From the NCBI GenBank assembly GCA_037142195.1, contig JBAXBA010000103.1:1-11716 (forward strand): 11,716 bases of DNA, written 5' to 3'. The translations under genes and the position numbers were made by a program. The notes under the pieces are model-generated. The model saw only the letters and a program-made list of their open reading frames with translations. It was not told the origin of the DNA and searched no databases. This document shows, piece by piece, positions 1 to 6,936 of the stretch. Position 1 is the first letter of the stretch. The number at the start of each line of letters is the position of its first letter. This stretch comes from Pseudomonadota bacterium. Lineage in GTDB: Bacteria; Bdellovibrionota_B; Oligoflexia; Oligoflexales; CAIMVM01.

Positions 1-70
1 AACACGAAAGAACACGAAAGAACACGAAAGAACACGAAAGAACACGAAAGAACACAAAAGAGCACAAAAA
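1..70. repeat. 10-bp tandem repeat (AACACGAAAG)n
   Basis: Five perfect copies at 1-50, then degenerate AACACAAAAG (51-60) and AGCACAAAAA (61-70). Starts at the window edge, so it may extend further left. Confidence 0.97.
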
Positions 71-79
71 GGATAAAAT

Positions 80-1141
80 ATGAACTTACTGCTGATAAAT
101 TTTATCCTTCCTACGCTCATAGCAGTTTTTTTGGCGAACTGTGGATCGCCAGTAAGTTCAAAGGAAACTGATTTTTCTCAGCCAGCTGTGATCGCGACAC
201 AACTCACCCCCCTAAAGCTCGCGAGAAGTCAGGAGATCCCTCACCGTATTCTCAGAAAAACTGTTATAACGGGAAAATATTTCTTTGATTCCCAATTCTA
301 CGATGTGGAGTTTCCTTCACTCAGTGAATCTGAATTTGGGCGTCTTCAAAAGATATATGGCGGTTGGAGTAAAACGCGCAACCAGCAATCGTATCAAGCC
401 GGCAAAGTTTGGAACCTATCTCAATTTTTGCCACCTGCAATGGCTTCCAAGCTTGGAAATGTTTTTCAAGGAGAAGAGACCCTTCAAATGCTTCCCCATA
501 TGTTTGGCACCAGCGCAGATGGGTTGCGCATCCCAACTCCCGTTCAACTCGTTTCAAACTGCTGGGGAACGGCCTATGAAGTCATGCGCGCTGCCCAAAC
601 CCCAAGCGAGGAACTCATTTTATTTTATGCTCCCCAGCGCCTAGCCAAAGCTGTTTTTTTTGATCCTCAGTGGAGCGAAGAGATACGGCCCATTTCCAAA
701 ACGGTTTCCACTGTTCCCTCCGTTCGAAACGCTGGCCTCATACCAGGGGACGTCTTGTTGATCGGAGACGAATGGCTCCAGCACGTGGCCATATTTGTCG
801 ATGATGATCTCTATTTTGAAAAGTCAGGCACGGGAAATACCGCACTTTACCGATTAAACACTCTTGAAACGATACTTGCCACCTGGCCTCCCGACCTGCA
901 TGGGTATTCCTGGAGACGATTTCATGGCCGACCTCTTCCACAACCCAATGAACTTTTCAATCTCAAGACTTCTCTACCTTCTAACATCGACCTTTCTCTA
1001 TTTACAGAAGCAGAACAGCGAGACCTGACAGCCGAGCTTAATTATGATGATCGAACGGGGAAGCCCATCGGTGCTACTTGGCTTGGAATGCGCCGCATCC
1101 CGCTACCACTCGCATCTGGTCATGAGGTGGGTTCACTTTAG
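80..1141 (+). CDS. Lipoprotein with NlpC/P60-like (papain-fold) cysteine hydrolase domain
   Basis: 353-aa ORF; AAGGA RBS at 69-73; hydrophobic N-terminus ending in lipobox-like LANC (Cys21); SNCWGTA (Cys161), PGDVLLI, QHVAIFV (His235) and FEKSG (Glu247) match NlpC/P60/CHAP-type triad order and spacing. Confidence 0.7.
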   Translation: MNLLLINFILPTLIAVFLANCGSPVSSKETDFSQPAVIATQLTPLKLARSQEIPHRILRKTVITGKYFFDSQFYDVEFPSLSESEFGRLQKIYGGWSKTRNQQSYQAGKVWNLSQFLPPAMASKLGNVFQGEETLQMLPHMFGTSADGLRIPTPVQLVSNCWGTAYEVMRAAQTPSEELILFYAPQRLAKAVFFDPQWSEEIRPISKTVSTVPSVRNAGLIPGDVLLIGDEWLQHVAIFVDDDLYFEKSGTGNTALYRLNTLETILATWPPDLHGYSWRRFHGRPLPQPNELFNLKTSLPSNIDLSLFTEAEQRDLTAELNYDDRTGKPIGATWLGMRRIPLPLASGHEVGSL

Positions 1142-1410
1142 GAAAGGCCGATCAAAGTCGGAAATACCGTCTTTAGAACGAGTTTTTGATGATTTCGGGC
1201 AGATCCATCCTTGCTAGACATTTAAAATAAAAGTTGAGTTCCCGAGGAAAACAGTTTTTTAGCCATCGAACGTTTTTCACGAAATGAAAATGCAATTCCT
1301 CGCAACAGGAGAGACAACGAGGTGGAGGACCGTGTGTTTTTTAGGAAATGAAAAGCCCAAAAGAGCCACCCTAAGCCGTAAAAAATAGTTGCGAAGAATA
1401 GGACTCCATG

Positions 1411-1437
1411 AAGGGAGACTTCACAGAAGTCTCCCTT
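1411..1437. terminator. Perfect 12-bp inverted repeat, probable (bidirectional) terminator downstream of asnB
   Basis: AAGGGAGACTTC-ACA-GAAGTCTCCCTT, 15 bp past the asnB stop, between convergent genes. U-tracts are short on both strands. Confidence 0.7.
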
Positions 1438-1452
1438 TCGAAAGCTCTAGTT

Positions 1453-3042
1453 TTAGGAGCCCGACTTCCCATAATTGCTCAACACCCTGGCGCTGGGATC
1501 TTGAACATTGCAGCCTTCCCAATTGGGGTTGGGCATCCAATAGCCGATAATGAGATCGGAACGCCCGGGATAAAAAGCTTCAAAGATATTTCTGTAGAGT
1601 AAAGCTTCCTTAGTACGTGGAGTATTTATAGGATAGGTTTTTGAGGCGTTCTCTAGATCTGAGCTTGAAATTACGGCTTCAGCATAAGCTTTGAGACCAT
1701 CTACCATGCTGTGTCCGACGGCATCTGAAAACGCCGATTTTTCGCGGTATAAAATGCTATCAGGCAATAAATCTGTACCTGCAAATGCTTCCCTGAGGAG
1801 GGACTTTCCCATTCCATTTCGATTCATTTTCTCAAGGGGATCAATCGCCATGACTCTCTCAACAAAGTCTAAATCTCCAAAAGGTACGCGTGCCTCTAAA
1901 CCATTTGAGCTAATACACCGATCGGCCCTTAAAACATCGAAGTAATGGATTTCATCAATGCGCTTGACAGCTTCTTTTTGGAACTCTTCTGGCGAAGGAG
2001 CAAAATCAGTATATTTATAGCCAAAAAGCTCGTCACTGACTTCTCCTGTAAGGAGGACTTTTACATCTGTCGTGCGTCTAATTTCTTTACAAATTAAATA
2101 CATTCCTAGGGATGCTCGCACGCTTGTCGTGTCATAACTTTCTATGGCAGCAATCACTTCTTCTAAAGCAGATACGGCATCCTGGGGATCAAACAAAATT
2201 TCTTGATGTTGAGACCCAATGTGTTTGGCTACTATCGCTGCATACTTCAAATCTATCGGATCATTGTGAGTGCCAATGGCAAAGGTCTTCAGGGGAAACT
2301 TCTGATGCTTAGCAGCTATAGCAGCCACTAGGGAAGAGTCCAGGCCACCACTAAGCAGACAGCCAAGAGTTCGATCTGCATGAAGCCTCTTGATGACGCC
2401 CTCCGTGAGGCTTTCTCGAATTCCTGTGGCAGCTTCAGCTCGAGTCTGAGATTTCGTCTTGCTTCGGGTCATGTGCCTAAACGGCACAAATTGCGATCCA
2501 TCAAAAATATGCCCGGGAGGAAAGGGAATGATCTTCTGACAAAAATCTTGAAGTGCTTTCACCTCAGAGGCGAAGGCTATTTCCCCTGGGACCTTGGTAT
2601 AACCAACAAAAAGCGGCCGAATCCCCAAGGGGTCGCGGGCTGCATAAAGCTTGCCTCCTGCGGCATCCCAATAGACTAGAGCAAACTCTGCGTCCAAAAG
2701 CTTTGCCGCCGGCATAAGCCCTAGGGATTTGATGAGAGGGAGAAGAACTTCACAATCGGAGTGGGAATCAAACTTCAGGCTGCTTAAATATTCACGCTTA
2801 AGGGATTCAAAATTATAGATTTCTCCATTACAAATAAGGGAATCCCCTGCCGCATTCTTAAACGGCTGGTTGCCATGGAAACTTGTGTCCATAATCGCAA
2901 GGCGGTGAAATCCAAAATAAACACCTTCAGAGACTTTCTGAAAAGTGGAATGATCTGGTCCTCTTCGGGACAGTTTTTCACTTCCAGCTTGAAGTGTCTT
3001 GGGATCTGCGCTTAGGCCATGAAATGCAAAAATTCCACACAA
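1453..3042 (-). CDS. asnB: Asparagine synthase B (glutamine-hydrolysing)
   Basis: N-terminal MCGIF (Ntn nucleophile Cys2), RGPD, HRLAI, GNQP, NGEIYN, SDCEV, RDPLGIRPLF, PP-loop LSGGLDSS, TGEVSDELFG, EARVPF. TTG start preceded by a G-rich SD (AAAGGGGG). Confidence 0.97.
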   Translation of the reverse strand: MCGIFAFHGLSADPKTLQAGSEKLSRRGPDHSTFQKVSEGVYFGFHRLAIMDTSFHGNQPFKNAAGDSLICNGEIYNFESLKREYLSSLKFDSHSDCEVLLPLIKSLGLMPAAKLLDAEFALVYWDAAGGKLYAARDPLGIRPLFVGYTKVPGEIAFASEVKALQDFCQKIIPFPPGHIFDGSQFVPFRHMTRSKTKSQTRAEAATGIRESLTEGVIKRLHADRTLGCLLSGGLDSSLVAAIAAKHQKFPLKTFAIGTHNDPIDLKYAAIVAKHIGSQHQEILFDPQDAVSALEEVIAAIESYDTTSVRASLGMYLICKEIRRTTDVKVLLTGEVSDELFGYKYTDFAPSPEEFQKEAVKRIDEIHYFDVLRADRCISSNGLEARVPFGDLDFVERVMAIDPLEKMNRNGMGKSLLREAFAGTDLLPDSILYREKSAFSDAVGHSMVDGLKAYAEAVISSSDLENASKTYPINTPRTKEALLYRNIFEAFYPGRSDLIIGYWMPNPNWEGCNVQDPSARVLSNYGKSGS

Positions 3043-3120
3043 AAAGAACCCCCTTTGAGCCCAAAAAATAAAGCCCTTCGATTATGCCTTGACTCTCATG
3101 ATATTGAAGTACATCCTCTG

Positions 3121-3149
3121 ATTATAACCCATTGAACTATTTCGATAAA
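3121..3149 (-). promoter_or_regulatory. Putative sigma70 promoter for asnB
   Basis: Minus strand TTTATC (3149-3144), 17-bp spacer, perfect TATAAT (3126-3121), about 80 bp upstream of the start. Confidence 0.5.
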
Positions 3150-3319
3150 GTGGTTTCAGCTTGCGGGGTTATCGGTTCCTAAGGTAAGTCCATGAACCAA
3201 AGCATACTTATATAAGAGAACTTTGATAGCCCTGGAACCAAGTCCCATGGCTTACAATGCCTCAAGTCTAGGCTAGTGCAGAAACTTTTAGATTCGCTGC
3301 GTTCTGAAAGGTGCTTGTA

Positions 3320-5086
3320 ATGTCTTATATAATCTCCCTTGTGTTTTTTTTCGGTTGGAATTCTTTAGGCTTTTCCTCAACCCTGAGACATTGCATGGTT
3401 GCCAAAGGAAACGGCATTAGTTGGGCAAGCACTCTCGGATGGATGAGCGAGAGCTTAGCCATAAAGGCGAAAGAAGCCAGCGCTATGGAAGCCGAATACG
3501 GCGAGCCCATGCACGTAGGACTTAATTGTTTCGCCGGAGGCAGCAGTGGGTCCGCAGCCGCAATCTTGTATCAGGGCCTTTTAGGCAACCAGAGTCTCAC
3601 CAGTGACAGGATCGAAGATCTAAGATCACCAGCCGAGCTGGCGAGACTTTCTAAGGCCCTAAGATTTCTGGCCATCGCGACTGATTTTAGCTCGCAAGAG
3701 CGAAATCTCATGGCCTACAAAGGGATCAAGTTTTTTTTAAAAAAAGGTCCTGTTGATGAGGTCCATAAGGGTTGGTGGGAGCGCTACGCATTGGAAGAGG
3801 AGGATGTTCTCTCACTTCTCGGAAAATATGCCGTAGTGGCCCGCTTTCTCACGGAAGAAGATTTAAACCAATCTTTGCTACCTATCTTACCTGAGCGACT
3901 TCGGAATTTTGCTTGGATTCATGGCCTTCAGACTCTTACGGATCTTCCTGAGCGAGGACCTTTAGGGAAGCCGCTGACCTTAGAAGATAAAATCAACTTC
4001 CGAGAATTTTTTAGACTTCAAGGCAAAAAAATTAATGAGCTCGCCGATCGCATTTATAGAGAGCATGGAGGAGAGACTTACCTCTGGCATACGTTTTTTC
4101 AGGAGCCCCTTGCCGATGGATTTTGCCTCGGTGCTATGATTGAGTTTCATGAAAATGGTCTGGTCTCCAAAAACCTGCCCGGCTATGACCGCCTCAGACC
4201 TCTCTTTATGTGCAATGCCAAAACCATTGCGACCCTTCGAAACAGCCCTGGATATCCCCGCTATATGGCTGAGCACAGCTTCTTTGCAAGACGTTCTATT
4301 TATGCAACGCCTCAAACTCTCAAAGACGTGCTACGAACAAGTATTCGCGAGTATCAGTTATTTAAGGTCCAGCTGGAGTCTTTTAAAGAAGCTGGTCTGA
4401 GCCATGGCATTGACGAGAAAGATGGGTTTCCCTTGAATACGGAAGCGGAACTTAAACGAGCCCAATTCGGCAATGTAGGAGGCTGGGTTCCTGAAACCAT
4501 TATGGCGCTTCCCTTGATGTGGTATCTAGAGGGTTTAGACGGACCAGATGTCAAGTTAAACAGCCTCGCAGTGTTCGGCTTTCTAGGTGATGGCAGCGTC
4601 GGTCAGTTCTCGGACATTTGGCTTATCAGGAGTATTTTAGGGGGCACTCCTAAAGAAACTCCAATTGGTAGGGAATCTCCTTTAGTGAAATCTTGGCTCA
4701 AAGACTATAAGTCCTTTCAGAATGTTCTTGAAAACCTGAAACCCTCTTTAGGATTTTTGGGAGATCGTTTTCAAATCCGGCACACAAAAACCAACTGGAA
4801 CTTGCCGATTCTTGCCCCGTCGTATATTGGCCGTGGAGTTAAACTTTTGGCCACAGCCATCAATCAAACGAGGCAATGGGAAGGAAGAAAAGGGGGAAGT
4901 AATCCCATACTTTTCTCAAAATGGATGCAAACCTGCCTGGCTCCTGAATCCAGCGATCCGGGTTATTGCCACTCTACCGAGGAACTCTTTGCCTATTACA
5001 GCTCCGTCAAACCTTTAGTTTATGTGCCCGGCGAACTCAAAACCAACCAGACAGACATTCCCTGGTGGGAGACCTTAGGCTTATAA
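3320..5086 (+). CDS. Secreted protein with patatin-like phospholipase N-terminal motifs
   Basis: Long ORF (track start GTG 3311; ATG 3320 has AAGG SD 8 nt upstream); signal-peptide-like MSYIISLVFFFGWNSLGFS; Gly-rich CMVAKGNGISWASTLGW and nucleophile elbow FAGGSSGS (GxSxG). The CDS is secure, the function is tentative. Confidence 0.6.
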   Translation: MSYIISLVFFFGWNSLGFSSTLRHCMVAKGNGISWASTLGWMSESLAIKAKEASAMEAEYGEPMHVGLNCFAGGSSGSAAAILYQGLLGNQSLTSDRIEDLRSPAELARLSKALRFLAIATDFSSQERNLMAYKGIKFFLKKGPVDEVHKGWWERYALEEEDVLSLLGKYAVVARFLTEEDLNQSLLPILPERLRNFAWIHGLQTLTDLPERGPLGKPLTLEDKINFREFFRLQGKKINELADRIYREHGGETYLWHTFFQEPLADGFCLGAMIEFHENGLVSKNLPGYDRLRPLFMCNAKTIATLRNSPGYPRYMAEHSFFARRSIYATPQTLKDVLRTSIREYQLFKVQLESFKEAGLSHGIDEKDGFPLNTEAELKRAQFGNVGGWVPETIMALPLMWYLEGLDGPDVKLNSLAVFGFLGDGSVGQFSDIWLIRSILGGTPKETPIGRESPLVKSWLKDYKSFQNVLENLKPSLGFLGDRFQIRHTKTNWNLPILAPSYIGRGVKLLATAINQTRQWEGRKGGSNPILFSKWMQTCLAPESSDPGYCHSTEELFAYYSSVKPLVYVPGELKTNQTDIPWWETLGL

Positions 5087-5089
5087 ACC

Positions 5090-5118
5090 TTGAAGTTTTC
5101 GGCTCCCTATGCTAGTAC
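5090..5118 (+). promoter_or_regulatory. Putative sigma70 promoter for the prfC leader
   Basis: TTGAAG (5090-5095), 17-bp spacer, TAGTAC (5113-5118) with extended -10 TG at 5110-5111; predicted start about 5124-5126. Confidence 0.45.
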
Positions 5119-5136
5119 TTTTCCACGGAACGCTCT

Positions 5137-5244
5137 ATGTTTCCTTGGGTATCAGGTGGTTACGGAATTCGTCGCTACAAGCTGGGCTCTCATAGAGCTC
5201 AACGGTACGTCGGCGCCACTTATTTAGGGACAGCTCATGTTTGA
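5137..5244 (+). CDS. Candidate leader peptide/uORF (35 aa, MFPWVSGGYGIRRYKLGSHRAQRYVGATYLGTAHV*)
   Basis: ATG 5137 to TGA 5242-5244, read manually; same frame as prfC; only a weak SD (CGGA 5126-5129). Confidence 0.35.
   Translation: MFPWVSGGYGIRRYKLGSHRAQRYVGATYLGTAHV
5142..5230 (+). ncRNA. Long irregular RNA stem-loop (structured leader or sRNA)
   Basis: Nested helices 5142-5151/5221-5230, 5155-5159/5216-5220, 5170-5174/5211-5215, 5176-5178/5205-5207, 5183-5190/5194-5201: about 31 pairs, 7 of them G-U, which favours the + strand. Confidence 0.5.
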
Positions 5245-5284
5245 TTTGAATTCAAAAAATTTCTGACTTTTCTGAGCTCCACGC

Positions 5285-5311
5285 TGCAGATCTCAAAATC
5301 TGCGTTTTTTT
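5285..5311 (+). terminator. Intrinsic terminator directly upstream of prfC
   Basis: Stem TGCAGAT / ATCTGCG with loop CTCAAA, followed by 7 T (5305-5311), 35 nt before the likely prfC start. Confidence 0.65.
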
Positions 5312-5346
5312 ACCAACAGAAATCCATGAAATTAGGATCCAAAACC

Positions 5347-6936
5347 ATGAGTCAACTAGACCAAGAAATTGCTAAAAGGCGCACGTTTGCCATTATTTCC
5401 CATCCCGATGCCGGAAAGACCACGATCACCGAAAAGCTCTTGCTTTACGGGGGAGCCATTCAGATGGCTGGATCCGTTAAGGCCAAGAGATCAAAAAAGT
5501 TTGCCACCTCAGATTGGCTGGAAATTGAAAAACAAAGGGGCATTTCCGTTACCAGTTCGGTGATGAAGTTTCCCTATAAGGATCACGAAATTAACCTGAT
5601 CGACACCCCTGGGCACGAAGACTTTTCCGAAGACACTTACCGTACCCTTACAGCTGTGGATTCCGCTCTTATGCTTATCGATGCCGCCAACGGTGTCGAA
5701 ACCCAGACCAAAAAGCTTTTTGAAGTCTGTCGCATGCGAAACACTCCGATCATGACATTTGTCAATAAAATGGACCGGGAGGGCCGAGATCCCTTTGAGC
5801 TTATGGATGAAATTGAGCAGACATTAGGGATTAAAACCTATCCTGTCACATGGCCTATCGGCATGGGAGACCGCTTTCGAGGGGTCTATCATCGTGGGCT
5901 GAATCAGCTGCTCATTTACGAGCGCAATGCAGATCGCAGTCGCCCCGTAGACTTAAAAAATCTAAGTCTCCAAGATCCTTTTTTAGATCAAGAGCTAGGT
6001 CCGGAGCAAGCAGACACTTTACGTGCCGAGATTGAACTTTTGGGTGCAGGCGATGAGTTTTCCATGGAATCTTATTTGGCTGGAGAACTCGCTCCCGTCT
6101 TGTTTGGTTCCGCATTAAATAACTTTGGGGTGGAGACCCTTCTGGATAATCTCATCGGCTTAGCACCTGCTCCGAGGGAGAGACCTACCTTAGAGCGCGT
6201 CGTGACGCCTGACGAAGGGAAGTTTTCGGCTTTTATCTTTAAAATCCAAGCCAATATGGATCCCTCACACCGGGACCGGGTTGCCTTTATGCGCATCTGT
6301 TCAGGGAAATTCGAACGGGGCATGAAAGCCTTTCATGTCCGTCACGAAAAAGAAATGCGCCTGGGACGACCTACTAGCTTTATGGCTCAAGACCGCTCCC
6401 TCGTCGATGAAGCGTACCCGGGAGATATTGTGGGTATCCATGACCCTGGGGTTTTCAAAATTGGTGACAGCTTAACGGAAGGTGAAAAACTCCATTACAC
6501 CGGCATCCCTGTTTTTGCGCCGGAACATTTTACTCGGGTGGTTTTAACGGAGCCTCTCAAGTCCAAGCAACTTAGAAAAGGCCTAGATCAGCTTTCTGAA
6601 GAAGGTGCTGTTCAAGTCTTTAGACCGATCCACTCCAATGAGCAATATTTAGGAGTTGTGGGAGTCTTGCAGTTTGATGTGGTGAAATTCCGGATTGAAG
6701 CAGAATACAGTGTCAAAGTTAAAATGGCCCAACTGCCCTACTCTGCGGCGAGATGGTTTCAGTGCGAAGATAAAGTCAAGCTTGAGAAATTTAGGCGTGA
6801 GCAATCTCAAAACATTTGCCTCGATCAACATGGAAACGAAACCATCTTGCTCGATCACGATTGGCGCCTGAAGTACTTGCTTGAAAGACACCCTGATATC
6901 AAGTTCACCTCCACGTCTGAATCTGTTGCTAGATAA
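5347..6936 (+). CDS. prfC: Peptide chain release factor 3
   Basis: RRTFAIISHPDAGKTTITEKLLLYGG, SDWLEIEKQRGISVTSS, DTPGHEDFSEDTYRTL, NKMDR, FKIQANMDPSHRDR, GVLQFDV. ATG 5347 has an AGGA SD (5334-5337); alternative in-frame ATG at 5326. Confidence 0.98.
   Translation: MSQLDQEIAKRRTFAIISHPDAGKTTITEKLLLYGGAIQMAGSVKAKRSKKFATSDWLEIEKQRGISVTSSVMKFPYKDHEINLIDTPGHEDFSEDTYRTLTAVDSALMLIDAANGVETQTKKLFEVCRMRNTPIMTFVNKMDREGRDPFELMDEIEQTLGIKTYPVTWPIGMGDRFRGVYHRGLNQLLIYERNADRSRPVDLKNLSLQDPFLDQELGPEQADTLRAEIELLGAGDEFSMESYLAGELAPVLFGSALNNFGVETLLDNLIGLAPAPRERPTLERVVTPDEGKFSAFIFKIQANMDPSHRDRVAFMRICSGKFERGMKAFHVRHEKEMRLGRPTSFMAQDRSLVDEAYPGDIVGIHDPGVFKIGDSLTEGEKLHYTGIPVFAPEHFTRVVLTEPLKSKQLRKGLDQLSEEGAVQVFRPIHSNEQYLGVVGVLQFDVVKFRIEAEYSVKVKMAQLPYSAARWFQCEDKVKLEKFRREQSQNICLDQHGNETILLDHDWRLKYLLERHPDIKFTSTSESVAR

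Noticed and set aside
1..70. CRISPR array
   Set aside because: The units are contiguous 10-mers with no spacers, and no cas genes are present in the window.
1141..1437. CsrB/Rsm-like sRNA suggested by nine GGA triplets before the hairpin
   Set aside because: Most GGA triplets are not in ANGGA context or in hairpin loops; the enrichment is modest and was noticed post hoc.
3124..3250. Short inverted and direct repeats in the asnB/patatin divergent region (ATAACCC/GGGTTAT, GGTTCC/GGAACC) as a riboswitch or T-box
   Set aside because: Only 6-7-bp matches, with no consensus aptamer or T-box sequence and no terminator before either gene.
3731..3746. T8-A7 tract (slippery U_UUU_UUA) and T8 at 3344-3351 in the patatin-like gene as programmed frameshift or phase-variation sites
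   Set aside because: The ORF is intact, I saw no obvious stimulatory structure, and 7-8-nt A/T runs are common throughout this window.
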